Part shown: positions 49,514 through 60,481 of the stretch, in pieces
Layout of the letters: every line of letters begins with the position of its first letter
How positions within the stretch are numbered: position 1 is the first letter of the stretch
NCBI GenBank assembly: GCA_963776305.1
Contig: CAVZMA010000006.1
Coordinates: 60,430 to 124,429 of the forward strand
Origin: an uncultured Thermoleophilia bacterium
GTDB taxonomy: Bacteria; Actinomycetota; Thermoleophilia; Gaiellales; Gaiellaceae
Direction of reading: 5' to 3'
Length of the DNA stretch: 64,000 nt
The notes under the pieces: generated by a model
Databases searched by the model: none
What the model saw: the letters and a program-made list of their open reading frames with translations, nothing else
What the model was told of the DNA's origin: nothing
Position numbers and translations under genes: made by a program

Positions 49514-49568
49514 GTAGGGGCGAGGCGTGCCTCGCCCTCGTCCTCGCGTAGGCACGCCTCGCCTCTAC
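49514..49568. repeat. REP doublet (REPIN-like inverted pair)
   Basis: GTAGGGGCGAGGCGTGCCTCGCCCT followed by inverted GCGTAGGCACGCCTCGCCTCTAC. Confidence 0.7.
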
Positions 49569-49605
49569 AGGCATGTGAGATCCCGCGCGCGATAGAGTCG
49601 CCCGC

Positions 49606-50157
49606 GTGAGGCTCTCCCTCTACGAGTTCCAGACGGGTGCAGAGACGGTCGGGGGCCACCGCGTCGTCTACGACTTCGCGACCGACACGGCACATTTCGG
49701 CGAGGCACATGTCGAGGGGCACGCGCTCGTGTGGCAGCTCGACGACACCCAGGAAGAGGCCGAAGGGGCACGCCTCTCGCGTCGGATCCAGCTCGACCCG
49801 TTCGCCGACTGGGTCGTCCGCTGCGACCGGATCGACTTCCCCCCGGGTGGGATCGCCTACACCCACACGCATCCCGGGCCCGGGATCCGCTACCTCCTGC
49901 ACGGCGAGCTCGACATCCAGACCGAGGGGCACACGGTCTCGTACGGGCCGGGTGGTGCCTGGTTCGAGTCGGGTCCCGAGCCCGTGCTGGCGACAGCGTC
50001 ACCGCACCGGCAGACGGCGTTCGTGCGCGTCCTGATCCTGCCCGCTGAGTGGGCGGGAAAGCGCACGATCCGGTACGTCGACCCGGCCGACGAGGACCGT
50101 CCGAAGCTGCAGAAGCCAACCGTGTACTTCGAGCATCCGCTCGCTCTCCGCCGGTGA
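49606..50157 (+). CDS. Cupin domain protein
   Basis: DRIDFPPGGIAYTHTHPGPGIRYLLHG. Confidence 0.8.
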   Translation: MRLSLYEFQTGAETVGGHRVVYDFATDTAHFGEAHVEGHALVWQLDDTQEEAEGARLSRRIQLDPFADWVVRCDRIDFPPGGIAYTHTHPGPGIRYLLHGELDIQTEGHTVSYGPGGAWFESGPEPVLATASPHRQTAFVRVLILPAEWAGKRTIRYVDPADEDRPKLQKPTVYFEHPLALRR

Positions 50158-51824
50158 GGGCAGGCGGCAAGCTCGTCGTCGACCAGCTCGTCGTGCACGG
50201 CGTCGAGCTGGCGTTCGGAGTGCCCGGCGAGAGCTACCTCGCCGTTCTCGACGCACTCCACGATGCGCCGATCCGATTCGTCACGTGCCGCCACGAGGTC
50301 GGCGCCGCCAACATGGCGGACGCCTACGGGAAGCTGACGGGACGGCCCGGCATCTGCATGGTCACGCGCGGGCCTGGGGCGACGCACGCCGCGGGCGGCG
50401 TACACACCGCCTTCCAGGACTCGACCCCGATGATCCTCCTCGTCGGCCAGGTGGGCCGCGGGATGATGGAGCGGGAGGCGTTTCAGGAGATCGACTACCG
50501 GCAGATGTTCGGGCCGATGGCCAAGTGGGTGGCGCAGATCGACGACGCCGACCGGATCCCCGAGCTCGTCTCTCGCGCATTCCACGTCGCGACCTCCGGG
50601 CGGCCGGGACCGGTCGTGCTCGCCCTCCCGGAGGACATGCTCGTCGACGAGTCGGGAGCTGCCGACGCACTGCCCTACGAGATCACGGCGACCCACCCAG
50701 CTGCAGAGGATCTCGACCGCGTGCGCGCGCTTCTGGCACGAGCGGAGCGGCCGCTGGTGGTCGTCGGAGGCGCGCCGTGGAGCGCCGAAGCGAACCGCGC
50801 CCTGACGGCGTGGTGCACGGCGAGCTGCCTCCCGGTCGCGTCCGGGTGGCGCTGCCAGGACTACGTCGACAACAGCGCGGAGATCTACGCAGGGCATCTC
50901 GGGCTCGGCCCCGATCCCCGGCTCGCGCAGCGGGTCAGGGAGGCCGACGTTCTCGTCGTGATCGGCGACCGGCTCAGCGAGATCACGACCTCGGGCTACA
51001 CGCTGCTCGACGTGCCGAACCCCGACCAGCGCCTCGTCCACGTCAGCGCGGATCCCGACGAGCTCGGGCGGGTCTACCGACCGGAGATCGGCGTGGCGGC
51101 ATCACCAGCGTCGTTCGCCACGGCCCTCTCGGCGCTGGCGCCGCTCGAACCCGACGACGGGCGCGCGGCTGGGACGGCGCAGGCCCGAGCCGACTACCTC
51201 GACAACCTTCGCCATCTCCCTGTTCCCGGTGAGCTCCACATGGGCGAGGTGATGGCGACTCTGCGTGATCGCCTACCGCCCGACTCGATCGTCACCAACG
51301 GGGCGGGGAACTTCAGCGTCTGGGCGCATCGGTTCTACGAGTTCGAGCGTTACCGGACCCAGCTCGCTCCAACGAGCGGGGCGATGGGCTACGGCGTCCC
51401 GGCCGCGGTCGCGGCCAAGATCCTGCTGCCCGACAGGATCGTCGTCGCGTTCGCGGGGGACGGGGACTTTCTCATGACCGGGCAGGAGCTCGCGACCGCC
51501 GTGCAGTACGACGCGCCGATCGTGATCCTCATCGTCAACAACGGCATGTACGGGACGATCCGGATGCATCAGGAACGGCACTACCCCGGCCGCGTCTCCG
51601 GGACGGATCTCGTCAATCCCGACTTCGCGGCGTTCGCCAGATCCTTCGGCGCGCACGGCGTTGCCATCGAGAGAACCGAAGACTTCCCGGCAGCCTTCGA
51701 CGAGGCGATCGCGTGTGGCCTGCCGGCCGTGATCGAGCTGCGGGTCGATCCCGAAGCGCTGACGCCGAGGCAGTCGCTGACCGAGATCCGGGAACAGGCG
51801 CAAGCCCGGGGCCGGGCATCGTAG
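50154..51824 (+). CDS. TPP-dependent enzyme, acetolactate synthase large subunit-like
   Basis: FGVPGESY, CRHE, TRGPG, GAMGYG and GDGDF..NNGMYG. Confidence 0.92.
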   Translation: MRAGGKLVVDQLVVHGVELAFGVPGESYLAVLDALHDAPIRFVTCRHEVGAANMADAYGKLTGRPGICMVTRGPGATHAAGGVHTAFQDSTPMILLVGQVGRGMMEREAFQEIDYRQMFGPMAKWVAQIDDADRIPELVSRAFHVATSGRPGPVVLALPEDMLVDESGAADALPYEITATHPAAEDLDRVRALLARAERPLVVVGGAPWSAEANRALTAWCTASCLPVASGWRCQDYVDNSAEIYAGHLGLGPDPRLAQRVREADVLVVIGDRLSEITTSGYTLLDVPNPDQRLVHVSADPDELGRVYRPEIGVAASPASFATALSALAPLEPDDGRAAGTAQARADYLDNLRHLPVPGELHMGEVMATLRDRLPPDSIVTNGAGNFSVWAHRFYEFERYRTQLAPTSGAMGYGVPAAVAAKILLPDRIVVAFAGDGDFLMTGQELATAVQYDAPIVILIVNNGMYGTIRMHQERHYPGRVSGTDLVNPDFAAFARSFGAHGVAIERTEDFPAAFDEAIACGLPAVIELRVDPEALTPRQSLTEIREQAQARGRAS

Positions 51825-51870
51825 GATCAGCAGGCCTTTCGGCACCCTCTACTTCGAAGGAGAACGACAC

Positions 51871-52308
51871 ATGGCAAAGTCCTATGCAAGCACGGTGATC
51901 GCCGCCTCGCCCGACGAGGTCTGGGCGCGCATCCGCGACTTCAACGGCCTGGCGACCTGGCACAGCGGCCTCGTCGCGCAGAGCGAGATCGAGGACGGCA
52001 AGGCGGGCGATCAGGTGGGCGGCATTCGCAGCTTCACCCTCACCGACGGCACGCACATCCGCGAGCAGTTGCTCGACCATTCGGATCTCGACCGGTCGTA
52101 CACCTACGACTTCCAGAAGACGCCGTTCGACGTCGACAACTACTGCGCCACGATCCGGGTCACGCCGGTCACCGACGGCGGCGGCAGCTTCGTCGAGTGG
52201 TGGACGACGTTCGACTGCGACCGCGACCAGCAGGACCACTGGACCGACTTCTTCGCTTCGCAGGTGTTCCAGGGTGGGTTCGACGCCCTGAAAGCGCATT
52301 TCGCCTGA
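51871..52308 (+). CDS. SRPBCC (polyketide cyclase-like) family protein
   Basis: ASPDEVWARIRDFNGL..WH, IREQL and ATIRVTPV; AAGGAG RBS. Confidence 0.88.
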   Translation: MAKSYASTVIAASPDEVWARIRDFNGLATWHSGLVAQSEIEDGKAGDQVGGIRSFTLTDGTHIREQLLDHSDLDRSYTYDFQKTPFDVDNYCATIRVTPVTDGGGSFVEWWTTFDCDRDQQDHWTDFFASQVFQGGFDALKAHFA

Positions 52309-52309
52309 G

Positions 52310-52699
52310 ATGGCCGTGCGGCGCGAGCTCAGGGTCGACGGTCAGGCCGAGCCGATCTCCCACTTCACGGACGCGGTCCAGGCGGGTGACTTCCTCTTCG
52401 TCTCGGGAATCGTTCCCGTCGACGAGCAGCGTGAGCTCGTCGGCGGGGACGATGTCGTCGCCCAGGCGCGGTGCGTCTTCGACAACATGCGCTCGGTGCT
52501 CGACGCCGGCGGTTGTACCTTCGCCGACGTCGTCAAGGTGACCGTCTACCTGACGGACGTGCGAGACCGGCCGCTCGTCAATCCTGTGCGCCAGGAGGTC
52601 TTCGGAGAAACCCGCCCGGCGTCCACGTTGGTCGAGATCTCCGCTCTCGTGATTCCGGGCGCCAAGATCGAGGTCGAGTGCGTGGCGCTGATCCCGTGA
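52310..52699 (+). CDS. RidA family protein
   Basis: FVSG, DVVKVTVYLTD and RPASTLVEISALV..KIEVE. Confidence 0.9.
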   Translation: MAVRRELRVDGQAEPISHFTDAVQAGDFLFVSGIVPVDEQRELVGGDDVVAQARCVFDNMRSVLDAGGCTFADVVKVTVYLTDVRDRPLVNPVRQEVFGETRPASTLVEISALVIPGAKIEVECVALIP

Positions 52700-53809
52700 C
52701 CGATCCCTACAACGCCGCTATCACCTGGCTCGACGAGCCACTTCGGGGCTCTGCCGACGGGCCCCTCGCGGGGCGCACCTTGCTCGTCAAGGACCTGATC
52801 GACACGGCAGGCATCCGAACGACGTACGGGTCGAAGATCTTCGCGGATCACGTGCCCGAGCGGCACGCGACCATCGTGCAGCGAGCCCTCGACGGCGGCG
52901 CGGTCGTGGTCGGCAAGGGCAACCTGCCCGAGTTCGCCTGGGGGGTGCTCGGAGCCAATCCGTGGTACGGCACGGTCCACAACCCGTTGCATCCGGGCAA
53001 GACGACGGGTGGCTCGTCGGCGGGGAACGCCGCGGCTCTCGCGGCCGGCCTCGTCGATCTCGGCATCGGCACCGACACGGGTTGCTCGATTCGGCTGCCG
53101 TCGGCAGCGTGCGGCACCGTGGGCCTGAAGCCTCGGTGGGGGCACCTTCCGCTCGACGGCGTGTTCCCCCTCTGCCCCTCGTTCGACACGGTGGGACCGA
53201 TGGGGCGGTCGGTGGCGGATGTGGCGCTGCTCTGGTCGGTGCTCTCGGGCCGCCCTGTCCCGGAGCCGCGTCTCGATGGGCTCACGGTCGGGCTCCTGCG
53301 GAAGGCGCCGGAGCTCGGCGACGGACGGGAGACGGAGGCGAGCGACGCGGCTGAGGTCTGGGTCGACGACCTGGAGCGACTGGGCGCGCGCGTCGTCGAG
53401 ACCACGATCCCCGGCGCTCGCAGCCGACATGTGGCCGTTGTTCCTGCACGAGGCTGCGACCAGCCATCGTGAGACCTTCCCCGCCCGGGCCGACGACTAT
53501 GCGTTCACGATCTATCCGAAGCTGGAGGCAGCCCAGAAGGTTTCGGACGACGAGGTCGCCGCGGCGTACGGTGCGGTGCAGAGCTGGCGGACGTACGCCC
53601 CGGAGGTCGACCTCTACGTCAGTCCCTGCTTCGCGATCGATCTGCCGGACGAAGACGCGGACGAGCTCGAGGTCCGCCTGCCGCTCTCCTCGTTCCTCCG
53701 CTGGGTCAACCTGATCGGCTGGGCGGGCCTGGCGATCGGGAACATGCAGTTCGTCGCGCCCGCAGACACGACCGTGCTGGCGGCCGGTCTGGCCTGGGAG
53801 GGTCGGTAA
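52696..53809 (+). CDS. Amidase signature family enzyme; frameshift near 53415
   Basis: VKDLI, GGSSAG, GTDTGCSIRLP and GLKP. Confidence 0.85.
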
Positions 53810-53820
53810 CCTTCCTGCCC

Positions 53821-54381
53821 GTGCGGTGGCTGGCCCTAGCGTCTCTCGTGCTCGGCCTGGCCGTGTCCGCCGCAGGCTGCGGTGACGACGAACCGAAGCG
53901 ATCGGCGCTCGCCGAGGAGCTCGCGGGACTCTGCGACCAGGCGCGCGCCGATGTCGAGGCTCTCGGCCTGCCGGCCGACAAGGGGTTCGTCGTGGTCAAG
54001 CCGACGGCCGCGATCGGCCTCCGGCTCGCCGCCGACATCAAGAAGCTGCACGGGGCGACAGCCGCGGAGAAGGAGCAGATCGCCTCGCTGGCGGAGTACT
54101 ACCGCTTCTACTGGAACGAGGTGAAGGCGGGCGCGAAGCTCTACGAGTTCGGCCAGCACGACGCCTATGTGATCACGATCGACCGGGCCAAGGGACAGCT
54201 CGCGAGCGCCGAGGCGCTGGCGACGCGGATGGGCGCGCCCGAGTGCGCCGTGCGCCCGTTCCCCGACGAGTGGCGACGCGCGCCGGGAGGCCATCAGCTC
54301 CCGTCGAACTCGGGCTTGCGCTTCTCGACGAACGCCTCGACGCCCTCGTGGAAGTCGTGGGTCTGCTGCAGGAGTCCGTAG
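53821..54381 (+). CDS. Hypothetical lipoprotein
   Basis: Signal peptide with lipobox AAGC-G; 3' end overlaps the opposite-strand gene, so the true stop may be earlier. Confidence 0.65.
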   Translation: MRWLALASLVLGLAVSAAGCGDDEPKRSALAEELAGLCDQARADVEALGLPADKGFVVVKPTAAIGLRLAADIKKLHGATAAEKEQIASLAEYYRFYWNEVKAGAKLYEFGQHDAYVITIDRAKGQLASAEALATRMGAPECAVRPFPDEWRRAPGGHQLPSNSGLRFSTNASTPSWKSWVCCRSP

Positions 54382-55073
54382 GCGAGCCCTTCCAGCTCGA
54401 GCCCGACATGGAGCGGGCCGTCGTAGACCGTGTTGAGCACGCGCTTCGCCATCGCGAGTGAGAGCGGCGCATGGCGTGAGAGCTCGGCGATGAGCGCGTC
54501 GACGGTGGCATCGAGCGCGTCCGGTGCGACGACCTCGGTCACGAGCCCGATCGCCTGCGCCTCCTCGGCCTCGACCCGGCGGCCTCGCATGATGATGTCC
54601 TTGGCCCGCCCCATCCCGACGAGGCGGGCGAGGCGTTGCGTGCCGCCCGAGCCGGGGATCATCCCGATCGTCGCCTCGGGGAGTGCCATCTGCATCGCCG
54701 TCCGCGGCGATCCGGAAGTCGCACGCGAGCGCGAGCTCGAGGCCGACGCCGAAGACATACCCCTGCAACTTGGCGATCACGGGCTTCGAGCACCGCTCGG
54801 GCGCGGCGACGTTCTTCGCGAGTTGGGAGACCACCCAGGGCGACTTCGTGAGGAAGCCTGCGATGTCGCCTCCGGCGGTGAACTGGCCGCCGGCTCCGGT
54901 GAGCACGACGAACCGCATGGACTCGTCCCGGTCCAGCCTCCGCGAAGACCTCGGCCAGCTGGTCGCGGGCGAGCATCGAGACGCGGTTGAACTTCCCGGG
55001 CACGTCCAGCGTGATCGTCGTCACGCCGGTATCCGACGTCGCGCTCGACCCGAAATCCGTCGTATTCGCTCAC
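54294..55073 (-). CDS. hmfE: Enoyl-CoA hydratase-family protein, 2-oxoglutaroyl-CoA hydrolase-like; frameshifted
   Basis: DGFRVE, RDQL..VF, GGDI.GFL..SP..VS.LA.NVAAP.RCSKPVIA, GVGLELALACDFRIA and IPGSGG; last gene of an hmfABCD-like run. Confidence 0.7.
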
Positions 55074-56434
55074 GCGCCCTCCTTTGACTGGTCGCGCAGG
55101 ACTCTACGCAGGATCTTTCCGGACGCGCTCTTCGGCAGCTCGGTCACGAACTGGTACTCACGGGGCCGCTTGAACCGGGCGAGCGGCGACGCGAGGCAGT
55201 GGGCGTCGAGCTCCTCCGCGCGTCGCGTCGCCGACGACGACGGCGACGACCGCGCTGCCCCAGCCGATCGTCGGGCGCACCGATCACCGCCACCTCGCGC
55301 ACGCCCGGATGGCTCGCGAGCACGTCCTCGACCTCGAGTGGGTGGATGTTCTCGCCGCCCGAGATGATCATGTCGTCGAGCCGTCCGTCGACCCAGAGGT
55401 CGCCGTCGCTGTCGAGGTGGCCCGTGTCGCCGGTGTGGTACCAGCCGTCGCGGATCGCCTTCGCGTCGGCGTCGGGTCGGTTCCAGTAGCCGGCGAAGGC
55501 CTCGTCGCCGGAGAGGTGGGCGCAGATCTCTCCGTCCGGCTCGAGCTTCAGGCGGGCGTTGACGGAGGGACGCCCTGCGCACCCCGGCTTGTGCTGCTGA
55601 TCGGACCCGATCGAGAAGGTGTAGACCTCGGTCGAGCCGTAGTGGTTGACGAACACCTCCGGGCGGAACGTCGCGATGCAGCGGTCGACGACCGTCGAGG
55701 TCATCGCCGCGCCGGCATAGCCGAGCGCCCGGACGCTCGAGACGTCGGCGGTGGGCAGCCGCTCGTCGATCACGAGGTCGTGGAACAGGGTGGGGGCGAG
55801 GTAGAGCGAGGTGATGCGCTCCTCCTCGATCAGGCGCGAGCGCCTCCCCGGGATCCCAGCGAGGCTGGGGCACGTAGCAGCCGCCGACGAGGTGCATGGC
55901 GAGGAGCGAGTGGATCCCCATCGTGTGGTAGAGCGGCATCACGCCGAGCGTCCGGTCGCGCGGTCAGGTAGCCGTGGTGAAGTGCCTGTCCGAGGCCGCC
56001 CGCACGGTCGGCCGCGTGCGAGCGGGGGACGCCCTTCGGGCGGCCCGTCGTGCCGGAGGTGTAGAGGAGGAGCGAGGTCTCGCGCTCGTCTCGGTCGAGC
56101 GCCCCGGGGTGCTCGGGCCCGTCGGGCAGCGGGTCGCCGTCGCGGATCACGATCTCCGCGCCGGCGTCGTCGATGCAGTAGGCGAGCTCCTCGTCCGAGA
56201 GCCGCCACGAGAGCGGCACGAAGACGGCGCCCGCCCATTGCGACGCCCAGTAGAGGAGCGCGGTCTCGAGGCGGTTGTCGAGCACGACGGCGACTCGCGC
56301 GCCGGGCTCGACCCGCAGGCCGCCGGCGAGCCGGGCGACGCGAGGGAGCGAGCTCGCCGTAGGGGATGCCCGGGAACGCCTCCAGCTCGCGGATGGCGCT
56401 CGCAGGCGGCGAGGAGCGACTGCGCGAGGTTCAC
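55070..56434 (-). CDS. hmfD: AMP-forming CoA ligase, 2-furoate-CoA ligase-like; frameshifted
   Basis: [50 protein letters not shown] and LPKSASGK. Confidence 0.7.
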
Positions 56435-56913
56435 CGCGCGCCCTCGTCGTGCCGCCCTCGTGCGTCACGGGCGTCCTCGATCGCGGCGACGATCGGGGCG
56501 TAGCCGGTGCAGCGGCAGAGGTGCCCGGAGAGCATGTCGACGATCTCCTCGCGTGACGGTGCGCCCCGCGAGAGCAGGTCGTCGGCGGCCATCAGGATCC
56601 CGGGCGTGCAGAAGCCGCACTGGAGCGCGTGGTGGCGCTTGAAGGCCTCCTGCAGCGGCGAGAGGAGCGCATCGCCGGCGAGCGATTCGACGGTCTCGAC
56701 CGCGGCTCCGTCGGCCTGGACGGCGAGCAGGCAGCAGGCGCGCACGGAGACGCCGTCGAGGCGCACGGTGCATGCTCCGCAGACGCCGTGCTCGCACCCG
56801 ACATGGGTTCCGGTGAGGCCGAGGCGGTGGCGAAGGAAGTCGGTCAGGAGGAGCCGCGGCTCGACCTCCTCGACGAAGCGGCGACCGTTGACGGTGACGG
56901 CGATCTCGGTCAC
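56431..56913 (-). CDS. hmfC: [2Fe-2S] subunit, 2-furoyl-CoA dehydrogenase-like
   Basis: GTHVGCEHGVCGACTV, ALQCGFCTPG and HLCRCTGY. Confidence 0.75.
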   Translation of the reverse strand: MTEIAVTVNGRRFVEEVEPRLLLTDFLRHRLGLTGTHVGCEHGVCGACTVRLDGVSVRACCLLAVQADGAAVETVESLAGDALLSPLQEAFKRHHALQCGFCTPGILMAADDLLSRGAPSREEIVDMLSGHLCRCTGYAPIVAAIEDARDARGRHDEGAR

Positions 56914-57764
56914 GCCGCGTTCTCCCACGCCCGCAGCAAGGCCCGCTCGACGAGCGTCCCGGTGAGGTGTTGGAGGTAGCGGGACGAGGCGTGGATCGAG
57001 TCGGGTGGGTCGACCGCCTGCGCGGCGGGCTTGCCGGCCTGTCGGGCGGCCTCCGGCGTCACGGCGCCCCCCTCGATCATCGCCTCGACGTCCGGCGAGT
57101 GACGTCGGGCGGTCGGTCACGGCACCCACGAGGACGCGCGTCTCGACGGCGGCTCCCGCCCGTCGGCGAAGCGACGACCGCCACCATCGCGAGCGCGTAG
57201 TCGCCCGCACGCAGGGCGAGCTCCTCGAACGCGACGCCCTCGTTCTCGGCACGGCAGCGGCCAGACCGTCTCGACCAGGAGCTCGCCCGGCGCGAGCGTC
57301 GTCAGGTAGTGGGTGACGAAGAACTCGTCCGGGGCGATCTCGCGCCGCCCGGCTGGGCCGTCGGCGACGATCGTGCCGCCGAGCGGCCGCAAGGCAGAGC
57401 GGGATCTCGGCCGACCCGTCGGCGTGGGCGACGCTGCCGCCGACCGTGCCGCGGTTGCGTGTGACGAAGTGGCCGACGAAGGGAAGCGCCTCGCGCAGCA
57501 GCGGGTGGACGCGCGGGTCGTGCTCGAGCCGCGGCCTGGCGCACCGTGGCCCCGATCCGGACACGGCGCCGTTGCCTCGATCCCGTCGAGGCCGGCGCGG
57601 TTGAGGTCGACGAGCAACGTCGGGCGAACGAGCCGCATGTTGAGCGCCGGGACGAGGCTCTGCCCGCCGGCGATCGGCTTCGCGTCCTCGCCGCCGTCGC
57701 TCAGTGCAGCGAGCGCCTCCTCGAGCGAGCGTGCGGCGACGTAGTCGAAGGCGGCGGGCTTCAC
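56910..57764 (-). CDS. hmfB: FAD-binding subunit, 2-furoyl-CoA dehydrogenase-like; frameshifted
   Basis: KPAAFDY, AGGQSL.PALNMRL and VGHFVTRNRGTVGGSVAHAD. Confidence 0.7.
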
Positions 57765-60136
57765 GACGCGTCTCCGGACGTTGTGACGCCGAGCCACGTG
57801 TGCGGTCGTGCAGGAGCTCCCACACGCGCGGCGGGGTGAGCGGCAGCTCGACGTCGTCGCGGCCGATCGCGTCGGCGACGGCGTTCGCGATGCAGACCGG
57901 TGCGCTCATCGTGTTGCCCTCGCCGATCCCCTTGGCCCCGAGCGCGGTCACCGGCGACGGCGACGAGACGGTGGCCGATCCGGAGCGCGCGGGATGTCGG
58001 GCGCCGTCGGCGCGAGGTAGTCGACGAGCGAGGCCGTCATCAGGTTGCCCCACTCGTCGTAGACGTGGCGCTCGTAGAGCGCCGCCGCGACGCCGTGGGC
58101 GAAGCCGCCGAGCACCTGGCCGTCGGCGAGAAGCGGGTTGAGGAGGCGGCCGGCGTCGTGCACGGTGACGTAGTCGAGGACGTCGCACCTCGCCCGTCTC
58201 CGGCTCGACCTCGACGGCGCAGATGTCGACGATGAAGCCGTGGGCGGCCGACGAGGCGACGCGGTCGTCGGCGTCGGGCGGATCGAGCGTCGGGCGGTGC
58301 CCAGAAGGCGACTGCGGCGAGGCCGGGCTCCTCGCCCTCCGGGAGGCCCTCGGGGTTCCAGTGCGCCATCCCGGCGACGCGGCGCAGCGAGAGGTCGTCG
58401 TCGCCGGCGTGGGCGCGGATCGCGTCGATCTTCGCCCGCAGCTTCAGCGCTGCGGCCTGGACGGCGCCGACGGCGACACCCGAGAAGCGCGACGAGTAGT
58501 TGCCCGAGGCGACGCGTCCACGGCACGCCCGCCGTGTCCATCTCGGACATCACGGTGACGTCCGCCGGGGTCGCAGCCGAGCACGTCGGCGACGACCTGG
58601 GCGCAGACCGTCCGGTGGCCCTGGCCCTGCGGTGTCGTGGCGATCCGGACGGTGATGCCGCCGAGCGGGTCGATCATCGACCGATGCGCCCTCGGCGTTG
58701 CCGGACTTCGGCAGCGTGCAGGGCGCGCTCGTCGGCGGTCTGGGCGAGCGTGATGTAGCCCATGTTCGAGATCGAGGGCTCGACGATGCAGGCGAGACCG
58801 ATCCCCGGCGAGCCGCCCCTCGGCGCGCGCCGCCGCGACGTCGGTGCGCCGCAGCGCGTCGTAGTCCGCGAGCTCGAGCGCCTCGTCGAGGCAGGCCTCG
58901 TAGTCGCCGGAGTCGTACAGCGCGCCCGGACGGCGTGCGGTACGGCATCTCCGCCGGCCGGGATCAGGTTCCGGCGCGCGAGCTCGACGGGGTCGAGGCC
59001 GAGGCGCCGTGCGGCGATCGCCATCGTCCGCTCGAGCCCGAGGTAGAGCTGCGGGCCGCCGAAACCGCGGTTGAGCCCCGACGGGATCGTGTTCGTGAGC
59101 ACGACGCGGTTGCGGACCGCGACGTTCGCGACGCGGTAGGCGCCGGAGAGCGAGCCGTGCATCCGGTAGAGGGTGGCCGGCTCGGGCGCCCGGACGTAGG
59201 CGCCGACGTCCTCGATCGCGTCGTAGCGGAGCGCGAGGAGCCGGCCGTCGGAGGTGAAGCCGGCCTCGATCTCGGTCGTGCGCCCTGTCGCAGGCGGCGC
59301 TCGCCGCGAGATGCTCGAGCCGGTCCTCGATCCACGTCACGGGAACGCCGAGGTGGCGCGCCGCGAGTCCGATCAGCACGACGTACGCGAAGACGGACGA
59401 CTTGATCCCGAACGAGCCGCCCGAGTCGGGCGGCGTGAGCAGTCGCAGCCGGTCGCCCCTTCAGCCCGAGCGCCGCAGCGGCGACGCCGTGCAGCGTGAA
59501 CGGCCCCTGGAAGTTGGCCCACGCGGTCAGGCGACCCGCCGTCTCGTCCCAGTCGGCGACGACGGCGTAGCACTCGACGGGCGTGCAGGTGAAGCGCGGG
59601 AAATGGAACGTCTGGCGGACGACGAGGTCGGCCTCGGCCATCGCCGCCGTCGACGTCGCCGTAGGAGAACGACCGGTCGTGCACCGCGTCGCCGCCGCGG
59701 CGACCGGGTCGAGCACGGGGTCGAGCGGGTCGTAGTCGACGTCGACGAGCTCGGCCGCGTCCTCGGCGAGGTAGCGGTCGCGGGCGACGACGACCGCGAT
59801 CGGCTCGCCGACGTAGCGGACGGTGTCGATCGCGGCCGCGTACTGCGGCGTACCCGATCTCGATCCCGGCCGGGAAGGGCCGCGAGAGCGCGGCGACGTC
59901 GGCGCCGGTGAGCACGCCGACGACGCCCGGCGCGCGCGAGCGCCGCCGTCGGCGTCGACCTCGATCCGCGCGTGCGCGAGCTGCGAGCGCACGACGGCCG
60001 CATGGAACGTACGGGCGACGCGGGGCGAGGTCGTCGAGGAACCGGCCCTCGCCGCGCAGCAGCGCGTCGTCCTCGACGCGCAGCACGCTGCGGCCGACCC
60101 AGGGGCTTCGGTCGCAGCGGCATCCAGCCGCGGCAC
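57761..60136 (-). CDS. hmfA: Mo-binding large subunit, 2-furoyl-CoA dehydrogenase-like; multiple frameshifts
   Basis: VGRSVLRVED.ALL.G.G, NFQGPF.LH, DSGGSFG.K, GLNRGFGGPQ, EPSISNMGYIT, GQGH.TVCAQVVAD, GNYSSRF and GAKGIGEGN.MS.P. Confidence 0.72.
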
Positions 60137-60480
60137 CGAGCCCTGCCGCGCTCGGCGCGGCGCTCCGGCGGCGCGCGCGACCTGCGTCGTCGCTCGGGCC
60201 GCCGTGCTCGAGCGCGCGGAACGCGTCGAGCACCGCGCGCGGGTCGCGGCCGTGCCGCAGCGCCGCCATCGTCAGCGGCTCGCGGACCGCGCCGCCGCAG
60301 TGGGCGCACGGCCAGTAGATCCGCGACATCAGCTGCGCGGCCCGCCCGTCCGGGTACATCCGGAGGATCTCGAGGATCGTCGTCGAGCCGCGGATCTCGC
60401 GCGGCGGCGGCGTCGCCGTCGGCGACGCCGCCCGCCGGCCGGAAGCCCGGGAATCGCGGTCCGGGATGCGTCGCCGTGAC
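60137..60480 (-). CDS. Small CxxC protein, DUF1858 / redox-disulfide-domain-like; ends uncertain
   Basis: TTILEILRMYP..AAQLM..WPCAHCGGAVREPLTMAALRHGRDP..VL. Confidence 0.6.
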
Positions 60481-60481
60481 G

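Noticed and set aside
49319-49609. 96-aa ORF, and the similar MLSAALRADPEAGN reading at 38708
   Set aside because: It is a translation of the palindromic repeat element and REP sequences, with no RBS or protein-like features.
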